IMG/VR virus record: IMGVR_UViG_3300044641_005242
Span: 1 to 64,000 of that record
Strand: one strand, 5' to 3'
Source: an uncultured virus (IMG/VR IMGVR_UViG_3300044641_005242)
Taxonomy: Duplodnaviria; Heunggongvirae; Uroviricota; Caudoviricetes
Length of the DNA: 64,000 nt
The notes beneath the pieces were generated by a model. It was not told the origin of the DNA. It saw nothing but the letters and a program-made list of their open reading frames with translations, and did no database searches. The number at the start of each line of letters is the position of its first letter. The first letter of the stretch is position 1. A program made the translations under genes and the position numbers. Shown here in pieces: positions 8,806-18,875 of the stretch.

Positions 8806-11385
8806 ATGGCAAATAGTCAAACATTCGTAGAGGGTTTTGGTGGAGCAGATGGTCAAGTCACCACTTTATCCCAAGTTCAAGGATCAGGTCTTTCACTACC
8901 TCCTAATGCCGCTTCGTTTATTAATATCAGACGAGGCGGTAAATTAGAGACATTGTTTCTAACAAATGGTAATGATCAAGTTCTATATACCAAGAACAAA
9001 CCACAAGATCTTTACTTGAAGGGATTGGTTACATCTCAACAATATATTTACAAAAACCCAAACGAAGGACAACGTACAAAAATTGGTGGCAACAGATCAC
9101 TTCCATTAAGTGCCGCTGTACAAGATGCTACCAGAGTTAGAAAGTTTTTGGGATCAAGCGCTGGTGTAAAGTTTACAGGCAAACAACTTATCCTACAAGG
9201 ATTTCAACCATTCGATGAAACCAAGGTCTATAACCCAGCTTCGCCGTTGATTGCCGCTATACGTTCCGCTACTTTTGGATTGGTTGATCGTCCAACCCGT
9301 CATATAGACACAAGTAACATATTAACAGGCCTATTGGGTGGTACTGGTCTTAGTAATGCCGTAAGCGCTGTAGGACAATTATTGGGTAGCGCACCTCCGC
9401 AACCATCACCACCTCGTAGTAGTGTTGCTAGCGCAGCAAGTGGTGGATTGGGATTATCAACACTGACCTCATTGGTTGGTGGTGGAGATAATTCCAGTCG
9501 AGTTGTTACATCAATTGCTAGAGATGGTGTAAAAGACTTATTGAGAGGTAATACTGCTACAAATGCTTACAATAATCCTAGATATCAACGTTGGATGTCA
9601 AATGCTGGGGGTAACTTCTTTAGCAGATTATTAAGTGGTGTTGGTAGATTCTTTCAAAACAACACATTGGTTGGTGGTATTCTTCCACCAAAACAACCAT
9701 GGCCAGCAACATATCGTGCTGATGAACAAACATACGAAATGATGTTGAATGCTGGAAAGTTGTTTGATCCAACTCAAAATGGTATTGCGGGTGGTGGTAT
9801 TTTGAGTGGTTTGTTGAATTCACTTGGATTTGGAAAAAAGGCTGATTATTCATTAGCTGTTAATCAACGTTTTTATGGTAAGTCGAAGAATAAAACATCT
9901 TTGAACAGATTGATTATAGTAAGAAATATCAAAAAACAAGCGGTTGATTATACAAAAGAAATTGGTGTTTTATCAAAAGATAAGAATAACTTACTAAGTA
10001 CTAAGTTAACTAAGAAGGCAATTACTCCAAGTGGAGATTCAAACAGATATAGTGATGTAGTAAAAGTAGATGATGATAACGAATATTCAGATCAAATACT
10101 AAACTATAAAACTTATTTAGATAATCAATCTGGATTCAAGACCACATTTAGTGATCAACAAAGTAACGTAGTTAAGGACATCATTGATAATCTTGACAAG
10201 GCTATTAACGACATTGGTGGTGCAAATGAAAGCAAATATAGTACCAACAGAAAAAATTTACAACCTCTTCAATTTGCTAAGTTTAGTAACGATGGCACAC
10301 GTATAGGAACAAATTACTTAAAACAACTTGATCCTACAAAACTAAATGATCCAACTATTAAAAATGATACATATCAAGGTCGTTTTCGTAGAGACGAAAC
10401 ATTGGGTAATAAAGTACCAACTCGTTTAGGAGAAGGACCAAATGATCGATATATTTATCCAACAAACAATGTTGATTATGTTAACTCACTTCAAGTATTA
10501 AACCAAGAGGAATTTACTAAACAATATTCTGCTACAGATAAATTTGGCATATATGGACCAGATATAGTCAAGTTTTACTTTTATGATATTGTAAACGAAA
10601 AGTATATTCCATTTAATGCGACCGTAAAATCAATTAACGATAACAACAATGCAAGTTGGGAAACGGTTGAATATTTGGGTCGTCCAGACAAATTGTTTTA
10701 TTACAAAGGATTTGAACGTCAAGTAAGTTTTAATTTCACCGTTAATGCACACAGCGTAAAAGAGTTGATGCCAATGTGGCAACGCATAAACTATTTGGTG
10801 GGTTTAACAAGACCAGCTAATTATACATTACAACAAGAAGGTGGATATATGGTACCACCAATGGTACAATTAACATTGGGTGATTTTTACAAAAACCACT
10901 TTGTTGTAATAACAAGCTGTAACGTCACAATACCAGATGATACATCTTGGGAAACAATTCCAGAAGAATCAAACCAAGAATGGAGTTATGGACCAAATAA
11001 AGCTATACAATGGCAGAGTTCTGATACGATCATAGATCCTAGAGGTAACAAAGCTAGATCCAAAGGAAGAGTTGCTCAATTTCCAAGAACAGCGGAAATT
11101 AGTGTTCAGATGAATGTTCTTGAAAAAGATCGTCCATATACAGGCAAAGCTATTTGGGGCGATGCTCCTGTATCAATTGTTAGTCAATTGCAATTGACTG
11201 ATCTGCCTGATCCAGTTAATCCAAATTTTATAGGACCGATTGACTCTAGTCCTAAAGCTGACAAAAACGCTCCACTCACCGAGTTTTATGACAGAAGTAG
11301 TGACACAGCTAAAAATAATTTCTCAAAGAATATTAGGTATGATAACAACTGGCTTAATCAGATCAATGCGTCGAATATACCATAA
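8806..11385 (+). CDS. Baseplate / tail-tube initiator-like structural protein
   Basis: C-terminal tube-like domain (SWETVEYLGRPDKLFYYKGFERQVSFNF...PPMVQLTLGD); position after the tape measure gene. Confidence 0.6.
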   Translation: MANSQTFVEGFGGADGQVTTLSQVQGSGLSLPPNAASFINIRRGGKLETLFLTNGNDQVLYTKNKPQDLYLKGLVTSQQYIYKNPNEGQRTKIGGNRSLPLSAAVQDATRVRKFLGSSAGVKFTGKQLILQGFQPFDETKVYNPASPLIAAIRSATFGLVDRPTRHIDTSNILTGLLGGTGLSNAVSAVGQLLGSAPPQPSPPRSSVASAASGGLGLSTLTSLVGGGDNSSRVVTSIARDGVKDLLRGNTATNAYNNPRYQRWMSNAGGNFFSRLLSGVGRFFQNNTLVGGILPPKQPWPATYRADEQTYEMMLNAGKLFDPTQNGIAGGGILSGLLNSLGFGKKADYSLAVNQRFYGKSKNKTSLNRLIIVRNIKKQAVDYTKEIGVLSKDKNNLLSTKLTKKAITPSGDSNRYSDVVKVDDDNEYSDQILNYKTYLDNQSGFKTTFSDQQSNVVKDIIDNLDKAINDIGGANESKYSTNRKNLQPLQFAKFSNDGTRIGTNYLKQLDPTKLNDPTIKNDTYQGRFRRDETLGNKVPTRLGEGPNDRYIYPTNNVDYVNSLQVLNQEEFTKQYSATDKFGIYGPDIVKFYFYDIVNEKYIPFNATVKSINDNNNASWETVEYLGRPDKLFYYKGFERQVSFNFTVNAHSVKELMPMWQRINYLVGLTRPANYTLQQEGGYMVPPMVQLTLGDFYKNHFVVITSCNVTIPDDTSWETIPEESNQEWSYGPNKAIQWQSSDTIIDPRGNKARSKGRVAQFPRTAEISVQMNVLEKDRPYTGKAIWGDAPVSIVSQLQLTDLPDPVNPNFIGPIDSSPKADKNAPLTEFYDRSSDTAKNNFSKNIRYDNNWLNQINASNIP

Positions 11386-11394
11386 TTATATAGC

Positions 11395-11685
11395 ATGAGA
11401 TATCAATTTACACCAGTTTATAAAAGATGGGATGGTAAGAATGTGTACAGAACAACTTATTATCCTATTATTCCACATTCTATCGATGATACATATATCA
11501 TAGCAAGTGAGGTTGATTATTTAGATAGCTTGGCTAAAAAATACTATGGTGACGAAAGTTTCTGGTGGGTTATAGCACAAGCTAACAATTTGGGTAAAGG
11601 TAAATTATCAATACCACTAGGTAAACAATTAAGAATACCAGGCAACGTTTCTCAGATACTAAATAATCTCAAAAATTTAAATTAA
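11395..11685 (+). CDS. LysM-like baseplate wedge protein (gp53 / P2 X-like)
   Basis: DYLDSLAKKYYGDESFWWVIAQANNL...GKQLRIP. Confidence 0.8.
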   Translation: MRYQFTPVYKRWDGKNVYRTTYYPIIPHSIDDTYIIASEVDYLDSLAKKYYGDESFWWVIAQANNLGKGKLSIPLGKQLRIPGNVSQILNNLKNLN

Positions 11686-11688
11686 GTT

Positions 11689-14600
11689 ATGGCAGCCAAC
11701 ACTAATGAGATAACAGGAAATGCACCAACTTGGTGGGAAATACAAAACATTCCAACTGAGATGGTAAGAGAATTACGCCGTCGTAATAATACCAATAACA
11801 TTGGAATGCAAATACCAAATCCGTTTGTTAATGCTACGTTTGACTTTGCAAATAATCATAGTAAGTACAAGGGTCCGATGACTCCTTGGATTAGAATATT
11901 TTCAAGTGGTACAGGTCAAATTTCAAATGGGTTGGTACCAAGAAGTGCTTATTTAAACAAGTCTGGTGGTCAAAGTCCAAATGATTCAAACCCATATGAT
12001 GGATTTATTCTAAAAGGTGGAGATGGTTTTTATGATGCGTTTGGTTATAACAATACTACACCACTTACACAAAAGGGTGCTATTATTGGTTATCAGGCCA
12101 CTGGTGAACCACACTTTATTGATCCAAGGTTAAGATCACTAACAAATTATCAATCCAGAGTTGACAACAATTTTCCACAAGATAATGTGGTATCATCTAT
12201 ACTACCACCCCCAGGTATTGTATCTGTACAATTAAGACAAAGCAGAGAATTGCTTACATTTGCATCATTTAAATTCAATTGTTATAGTTTGGCTCAACTT
12301 GAATATATGATGCCATTCTTTTTGACTCCTGGCATCAATATGTTTATTGAATTTGGTTGGAATTTGTTCAATCAAAAATCCTTACTAAATTTGACTCGGG
12401 AAGAATGTTGGAAAATTGTTTCAGAACCACAAACGGCTTTAGACAGATCTAATCTTTCATATGGTAACTACGGATGTGTAACCGGAATTGTTACCAAATA
12501 TAATTTTACCACACAAAATGGATTTTTGTATGAGTGCAATGTTGAGTGTACATCAAGACAAGGATTATTTGCAGGATTCAGAACTGACAACAATGCTACT
12601 GAAAATAAAGGAGCAGAAAGCGTTGAGTATATAAATTTAAAAAATTTTATTAACATCTATTTACCCTCCATAAATGATGTAATTAAGTCTAGAAGTAATT
12701 TTGTTGATTATGCAATCGATAATAGAATTGCGATTGCCAACAAATACGCCGAGACTCAAAAAGCTGATGCGGATGCTGAGGCTAACGCACAACAAACAGA
12801 AAAACAAAAACGTGAAAATATATTGACGGCTATTAGAGCGTCTGCTGGTCCGGCCAAGGCTGGTAAATCATCTTTTTACAGTGGTAATCCCGAAGATAGA
12901 ATTTTTGTTGGTAGAAGAGAAGACATATATAAAGCTGCAAGACAACCTGGAAAAACAAAAGTTGAGTATGTAAATCCTCCTACATCAACAACGATACCAT
13001 CAGGTGGACCAGGATATTTTGCACCTCCTTATCAAAAATCGGCACCAACTGAATTTCCCGTAATTGAGTATGGATCGATTCGACAATATCCCGCCAATTA
13101 CTATGAACAACAAGTATCATTTGATGACAGCAAAACAGACTTTGATGCGAATGATACAAATGATGAAGTCTGGCTTCAATTAGACTTTGTGTTTGAATTA
13201 CTTAATTTATTTTGTTCAAACCCACGTAATAATTTGTACGTAATAGATAACACCGATATTATTATAAATGCACATCCAAACTTAATATCATGTGATAAAA
13301 ATGTATTGATACCAAATCCTGTCGCACCAAAAATAAATAATGGTGGAAAATTTTTAAATACTGAACAAAAGGAAATAACAAAAAATGAATTTGTTAATCC
13401 TCAAAGAAATAAACCTGATTTAACTTTACAACTCAAGAATGCTCTGAAGGTAAATAAAAAAGATAAAAATATTGATTCTGATCAGTCACTACTTTTAGCT
13501 GCATTAAATGCACAGAAAACATTTGGTACATCTGGTTTGTATCGTGATGATTTGGATAGAGTAATTAATTGGTTCTATTACAACGGCCCAAATAAATGGC
13601 CTCTTGGATTCGCATCATTTCCATTTGTCGAGGATAAATTATTCTATGACGATGAAGGAGTAGATGTGACCAAAAAATACAAAAAATACTATTATGGATA
13701 TTTAAAAAATCTTCTTATATCAAAAACTCGTTTAATGGAAATTTCAAAAGATGAAAATGTAAAGACGATTAAACAATTTGTCACGGCCGTATTGAGTACA
13801 ATAAACAATGCTGTTGATGATTTTTGGCAATTTGATATAGTGGATGGTTTAAATGGAAGATTATCAATTGTAGATAAAAACACAATCAACATGGATATAT
13901 TAAAAGAGGTATATATGTTTGATTTGGCAAAGACCAATAATGTTGTAAAATCTATAAACTTTGATGTTAGTTTGACCAATGAACAAGCTAACAATGTTTT
14001 ATTTGCTGGTACAAATTCACCAAGCTTGACTGAAACGATTCAAGACAAAATAAATAATGCAAGTACTAAAGCAGAACTTGATATTGTGATAACTCAAGTT
14101 TCAAATACACCATTTATCAAGTTTAGAGATAGACTAGATGCGTTCCAACTGGAACAGATTGCAAAATTAAAAGGTGAAGATTTGAAGAGAGCTCAACAAT
14201 CTGGCAATATACCAGGCACAAATGTTGATTTTAAAGATGAAAATAGAGACATAGCAAATATTCAGGTTTATGGCGAAATGTCCCGTAATGACATTTTATG
14301 TATGAGATTCTTGAATGTAGATGGTGTAAATTCCACACTTGTTCCCAGAGGACGTTTGTCTAATTTGCAGTCAGATCTCCGAGGGACTCTTGGTCTCCCA
14401 ACAAACTCAAGTGACCAAGCCAGGAATGAACAAACACAAATATATAATTGGAAGTATTTGTGTTTACCACCTAGCATGAAGGCTAAATTGAGAAGAATGT
14501 TGGATGATGGTGATATATCTGGTAATATTGCAAAATATAGTGGTGTGTCTGATAACTTTCAAATATCAATGACGTTGGATGGATTGTATGGGTTTAGAAA

Positions 14601-14769
14601 TCTACAAGTATTCGCAATCAGTAATTTGCCTAAACCATATGTGCCTGGTAATGTCATTTTTCAAATATTAGAAGTCGAACATAATATAGCATCAGGTAAA
14701 TGGGAAACAAATATTACAGCATTATTAAGATGTATTGCTGGAACCAATTTAAAATATATAAATATATGA
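11689..14769 (+). CDS. Large baseplate hub-like structural protein
   Basis: 1026 aa following the LysM gene. PPPGIVSV, FLTPGINMFIEFGW and C-terminal FQILEVEHNIASGKWET are typical of hub/late-control D-like proteins. Confidence 0.55.
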   Translation: MAANTNEITGNAPTWWEIQNIPTEMVRELRRRNNTNNIGMQIPNPFVNATFDFANNHSKYKGPMTPWIRIFSSGTGQISNGLVPRSAYLNKSGGQSPNDSNPYDGFILKGGDGFYDAFGYNNTTPLTQKGAIIGYQATGEPHFIDPRLRSLTNYQSRVDNNFPQDNVVSSILPPPGIVSVQLRQSRELLTFASFKFNCYSLAQLEYMMPFFLTPGINMFIEFGWNLFNQKSLLNLTREECWKIVSEPQTALDRSNLSYGNYGCVTGIVTKYNFTTQNGFLYECNVECTSRQGLFAGFRTDNNATENKGAESVEYINLKNFINIYLPSINDVIKSRSNFVDYAIDNRIAIANKYAETQKADADAEANAQQTEKQKRENILTAIRASAGPAKAGKSSFYSGNPEDRIFVGRREDIYKAARQPGKTKVEYVNPPTSTTIPSGGPGYFAPPYQKSAPTEFPVIEYGSIRQYPANYYEQQVSFDDSKTDFDANDTNDEVWLQLDFVFELLNLFCSNPRNNLYVIDNTDIIINAHPNLISCDKNVLIPNPVAPKINNGGKFLNTEQKEITKNEFVNPQRNKPDLTLQLKNALKVNKKDKNIDSDQSLLLAALNAQKTFGTSGLYRDDLDRVINWFYYNGPNKWPLGFASFPFVEDKLFYDDEGVDVTKKYKKYYYGYLKNLLISKTRLMEISKDENVKTIKQFVTAVLSTINNAVDDFWQFDIVDGLNGRLSIVDKNTINMDILKEVYMFDLAKTNNVVKSINFDVSLTNEQANNVLFAGTNSPSLTETIQDKINNASTKAELDIVITQVSNTPFIKFRDRLDAFQLEQIAKLKGEDLKRAQQSGNIPGTNVDFKDENRDIANIQVYGEMSRNDILCMRFLNVDGVNSTLVPRGRLSNLQSDLRGTLGLPTNSSDQARNEQTQIYNWKYLCLPPSMKAKLRRMLDDGDISGNIAKYSGVSDNFQISMTLDGLYGFRNLQVFAISNLPKPYVPGNVIFQILEVEHNIASGKWETNITALLRCIAGTNLKYINI

Positions 14770-15152
14770 TTGATGACACACCAGTAAAAACGAGAAATAT
14801 TGTTGGATTGGGTGGATACAATTACTTTATTCCAGCATCATATATTCCAACCATCAAACCATCGGACTATGAATATGGTTATATAACCCGATATTTTGTT
14901 GGCAACATTAACTATTCTAATATAACCGAAACCAATGCTAGAGGTTATAATGGAACAAACTCTGGTTTTTTCAAAAAGACCAAAATAACTTGGAAAGTAT
15001 CTGGGGTTGAGTTTAATGTGTACAAAGGAAAAATGCTTGAAACCACAGGCGTTGTAGACTACAATATTCTCAGAATAAATCAAGCAGCTCAAGTGTTTCC
15101 TCAGATATCGACTATATTAAATAATCCAAGACAATTTTGGCGTGGATTTTAA
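14766..15152 (+). CDS. Hypothetical protein (tail module)
   Basis: ATG 14766 overlaps the upstream TGA (ATGA); DYEYGYITRYF motif. Confidence 0.6.
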   Translation: MIDDTPVKTRNIVGLGGYNYFIPASYIPTIKPSDYEYGYITRYFVGNINYSNITETNARGYNGTNSGFFKKTKITWKVSGVEFNVYKGKMLETTGVVDYNILRINQAAQVFPQISTILNNPRQFWRGF

Positions 15153-15187
15153 TTGACATTCTAGAACATTTGTGTAAATGTTGTAGT

Positions 15188-16480
15188 GTGCATCTATCTA
15201 ATCAAATATATCTAAAGTTTATAACTCAAAACACCAATAAGCATATTGCGTGTGATAAAGTTATTGCTGCATTTGTTTATGATTATATTACCAAAGAAAA
15301 GTATTACTTTAACTTTACACACCCAGATGTAAATGTTGATAGTACTTATGATAACTTTGTAAAGTTACTAAAAAAGACAGACCGAGAGATATATGTAAAC
15401 AATAAGAAGAGATACAAGTATTTTCTTGGGGATTGTAATTTGATTGATGTAAATCTATTCAGTTTCTTAAAAGACAATGAAGTACTTGTTAAAGAAGAAT
15501 CAGATGCGTATTTTGCTATTAAGATTCGAACTGGAGATATTAATCAGTTCAATGTGATATATCCATATGCAAATCATCAACGTGATTTTGATCAAGAACT
15601 TATTCATGTAGAAAGTCTAAATGTTGAAAACAAAGACTCTTATTGCTTTAAATTCTTCAATAACATCATTTCAGATACATTGTATGAGGTTGAAAAGAAT
15701 GGTTTGAAATTAGATACAACCATTTTCAAAAACTACTTCAAAGCAAAAACACACAACAAGTTTGTATATACAGAGTATAATATATATAACCCTACAGGTA
15801 GACCCAGTAATCACTTTGATAGTGTTAATTATGTTGCACTAAACAAAGAGGATGGTTGTAGAAAGAGTTTTATATCCAGATATGATGATGGATATCTGAT
15901 GATGGTAGACTTTACTGGATTTCATCCTTATATTGTGGCTAATCTTATTGATTATAAGGTTCCCGACACAGAAACCATTTATGAACATCTGGCTAAACAA
16001 TATTACAATATTGACCAAGTTGATTCAGAATTGATGTCAAAATCTAAGAAACTCACGATGGTTAACTTGTACGGTCAGATTAAAGATCAATATCTAAACA
16101 TTCCGTTTTTTGCAAAAACCGATGAATTAAAGAACAAGTATTGGGAAATGTTTGAAAAAAAGGGATATGTTTCTACTCCGATTTATAAACGGAAAATCAC
16201 ATCAAAACACATCAGTGATCCTAATAAAAACAAGTTATTTGCATATATCATTCAGGCTACAGAAACCGAATATGGATTGAATAGCTTGGGTAATGTATTA
16301 AAATATGTAACTGATAAGAAGATTGTACCAATATTGTATGTATACGATTCTATTGTATTTGATGTAAGTCCAGAGGTTGATGAACACACAATACAAGATG
16401 TTATTGACATAATTAAGAATAAAAAGTTCAAAGTTAAGGTATATACTGGAAATAATTACAACGATTTGAAATTACGTTGA
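15188..16480 (+). CDS. Degenerate family A DNA polymerase-like protein
   Basis: PTGRPSN, motif A MVDFTGFHPY, motif B KKLTMVNLYG, AYIIQATE, motif C YVYDSIVFD. Start is uncertain (GTG 15188 lies after the TTGACA promoter at 15153). Confidence 0.7.
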   Translation: MHLSNQIYLKFITQNTNKHIACDKVIAAFVYDYITKEKYYFNFTHPDVNVDSTYDNFVKLLKKTDREIYVNNKKRYKYFLGDCNLIDVNLFSFLKDNEVLVKEESDAYFAIKIRTGDINQFNVIYPYANHQRDFDQELIHVESLNVENKDSYCFKFFNNIISDTLYEVEKNGLKLDTTIFKNYFKAKTHNKFVYTEYNIYNPTGRPSNHFDSVNYVALNKEDGCRKSFISRYDDGYLMMVDFTGFHPYIVANLIDYKVPDTETIYEHLAKQYYNIDQVDSELMSKSKKLTMVNLYGQIKDQYLNIPFFAKTDELKNKYWEMFEKKGYVSTPIYKRKITSKHISDPNKNKLFAYIIQATETEYGLNSLGNVLKYVTDKKIVPILYVYDSIVFDVSPEVDEHTIQDVIDIIKNKKFKVKVYTGNNYNDLKLR

Positions 16481-16501
16481 TTTTAATTATATTTATAATA
16501 G

Positions 16502-18349
16502 ATGAACTTTAGATCTATTGTAAATGATATTTGTTGTGATTCCCGTATAAAAGATGGTGTTCTCAGATTAGAGAACCCAGATCACGTTTTTATTGTACAG
16601 GAGTATTTGGAAAAAGCTGGTTACGCTCTTAACGAGATTGTTGATAAGACCGCTAATTTATTTGAAGCTGGTAGATTTCCTGATCGTCAGGCTTATAATA
16701 AAGATGGTATACTAGTAACATTTCCAAGCAAAGAGTACAGAGATCGTGCTGTAAATAAGGGTACACACTTTGCGGAAAATCCAAAAAAGGCTCAAGCAAA
16801 CATATTTTCTGCGCCGGGAGATTTATCATCAGTTGGTGCTACTGAAGAAAAACCAAAAGAAAAACCTGACACTATATCAGTAGATAAAGAAGTTCAAAAA
16901 GGTGTAGAGGCCGATGATAGAGTTGATAATAGAACTCCGAAAGAAAAACAACAAGATGCCGTTGCAAATATTGCAATATTGCAAGGACAAACCCCATTGG
17001 TTAATTATAGTGTAGATGAAGCTATGAAGTATGGTTTCTATAGAAAGGGAATGCTTTGGTTTAATACTGAAGGTCAGTTAATCGGAGAACAAGTATTTGA
17101 TGAGGAACGTGGGTCGATTATATCAATAAATGAATCGTTGATATCAAGTATATTTGATTTCATGAAAAAATCTTGGAATAAAGTTAAATCTTATTTTAAG
17201 AACGTTGTATCTGGTTTAATCGACAATGGTATGTCAGATTTACAAATAGGACAAGAAACTGACATCATAATTCCAGCATCTATTGCAAAAGAAAAAAGTG
17301 GAATAGAATCGTCTACAGACCTGCAAAAAGAAGGTGCGATTGAAGCAATTCGTGGAAATTATAATGAAGCTTTAACTGTTAAGTATGTCATTGAAAAAAA
17401 TGACTCTCCAATCGACGTTGTTTTAACAGAACATATTGATGAAAATTATGTTATAAAAGTTGTGCAATTAGACGCTGAAGGTAAACGTTATATACCAGAA
17501 CTAGAAAGCATAGTTAATGATTGGGATAAAAAACTAAGAGTTGCGGCTGGTAGTAAATATGAAGAAGTAAAAGCAGTGATATCGTTAGCAAGTCACGATA
17601 TGTCATCTTATATAATTAACGCTGTTGGTAAAAATAAAGGAAATATATTAGAAATATTTCTTGATAATAAGTCTTTCTTGCAAGGAGCTGAATTTAAGGC
17701 GGATATCAGACTAAGAGTGAAAAAAGTCTCAGGTGAAGAGATTTTGAAAGCATATAGTCTTAAGATGTATCAAACAAAAAATGTTAATTTGGCAAATAGT
17801 ACCAAAACCAGTTTGGTAAGAAATTTATGTGGAGATAACGAAGCTGATAAATTTACAAAAGAACTATCATCTGATCCAAAATTTAAACAACTCGACAAGG
17901 TTGCTAAGGAAACAAATCTTGCTGTTAAACACGCAAAGGCTGATGGTGAAGATGAAGATTATATTAATGATTTAAGAGCAGATCGTGAAGAAGCGAGATA
18001 TCCACTAAATCAATATTTAGCAGAAAAGGTATCTAATAAACTTAACTCTTTTTACAAATCAACACCTCAAAATAAAGAAACGTTCATTAAGAATTTATTA
18101 AGATTAATGGGATACGAAGATACAGAAACTGAATTTTTAATGGCGTTGGTTGGTCCAAAACAAGTTAAAGCCGGTAAATCACAAATAATCGACAAACACC
18201 CAGCTTTAGATTTTTCCGATATTGACATCGTTAATGATCCGGGGAAGGTTAGCATTAAAATAATCAATAAGAAGACAAATAAAGTATTGATTAATTTCGT
18301 AGCAAAAGAAGGCGGAACTTTTGCTGGGTTTGTGGATGTACTATCATAA
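16502..18349 (+). CDS. Hypothetical protein with possible C-terminal PD-(D/E)XK nuclease-like domain
   Basis: GNYNEAL...KADIRL...YSLK pattern; preceded by TATTTATA (16490-16497). Confidence 0.45.
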   Translation: MNFRSIVNDICCDSRIKDGVLRLENPDHVFIVQEYLEKAGYALNEIVDKTANLFEAGRFPDRQAYNKDGILVTFPSKEYRDRAVNKGTHFAENPKKAQANIFSAPGDLSSVGATEEKPKEKPDTISVDKEVQKGVEADDRVDNRTPKEKQQDAVANIAILQGQTPLVNYSVDEAMKYGFYRKGMLWFNTEGQLIGEQVFDEERGSIISINESLISSIFDFMKKSWNKVKSYFKNVVSGLIDNGMSDLQIGQETDIIIPASIAKEKSGIESSTDLQKEGAIEAIRGNYNEALTVKYVIEKNDSPIDVVLTEHIDENYVIKVVQLDAEGKRYIPELESIVNDWDKKLRVAAGSKYEEVKAVISLASHDMSSYIINAVGKNKGNILEIFLDNKSFLQGAEFKADIRLRVKKVSGEEILKAYSLKMYQTKNVNLANSTKTSLVRNLCGDNEADKFTKELSSDPKFKQLDKVAKETNLAVKHAKADGEDEDYINDLRADREEARYPLNQYLAEKVSNKLNSFYKSTPQNKETFIKNLLRLMGYEDTETEFLMALVGPKQVKAGKSQIIDKHPALDFSDIDIVNDPGKVSIKIINKKTNKVLINFVAKEGGTFAGFVDVLS

Positions 18350-18350
18350 T

Positions 18351-18749
18351 ATGAACGAACAAAAACAACTACTCTGTACATTTACAGATAGTCAAAAATA
18401 TCAATCTGCAATACAAGGAGTCCAACAAACGTACACGTTGATAGATAATCGTATATTTGTTTTTGCTAATGAAAAGAATCTTCGGGAAATATATTTGACT
18501 TTCAATATTGTCAAGGACTTTAATAACAAATTAAAGTATCCCGGTACAATTGGTGTGCATAGAAAAAAACAAACAAACACTCTGTATACTCTTAATGCGA
18601 TGAATAAATTAATTGCTGATGAGAACAATGGTGTGTTCGATAAAAACTTTCAATTGAGTTGGGATTTATACAAAGATAGTATCATTTTAATCAATGAAAT
18701 CGGGGTTAAAATCGTTCCATTAAAATTATTTAATATCGTTTCTATTTGA
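18351..18749 (+). CDS. Hypothetical protein
   Basis: ATG immediately after the upstream stop; QLLCTF...HRKKQTNTLYTLNAMN. Confidence 0.65.
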   Translation: MNEQKQLLCTFTDSQKYQSAIQGVQQTYTLIDNRIFVFANEKNLREIYLTFNIVKDFNNKLKYPGTIGVHRKKQTNTLYTLNAMNKLIADENNGVFDKNFQLSWDLYKDSIILINEIGVKIVPLKLFNIVSI

Positions 18750-18766
18750 TATATATTACATGACGC

Positions 18767-18795
18767 TTGACATTGCTTTGTACCTAGTATAGAGT
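18767..18795 (+). promoter_or_regulatory. Sigma70-like promoter for the SSB operon
   Basis: TTGACA-N17-TAGAGT. Confidence 0.6.
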
Positions 18796-18875
18796 GATTC
18801 AAGTTGGTTACATCTTGATTTAAGTGAATTAAGAATTAACTAATTATCAATTAAACAATTAATAAATAAATAATT

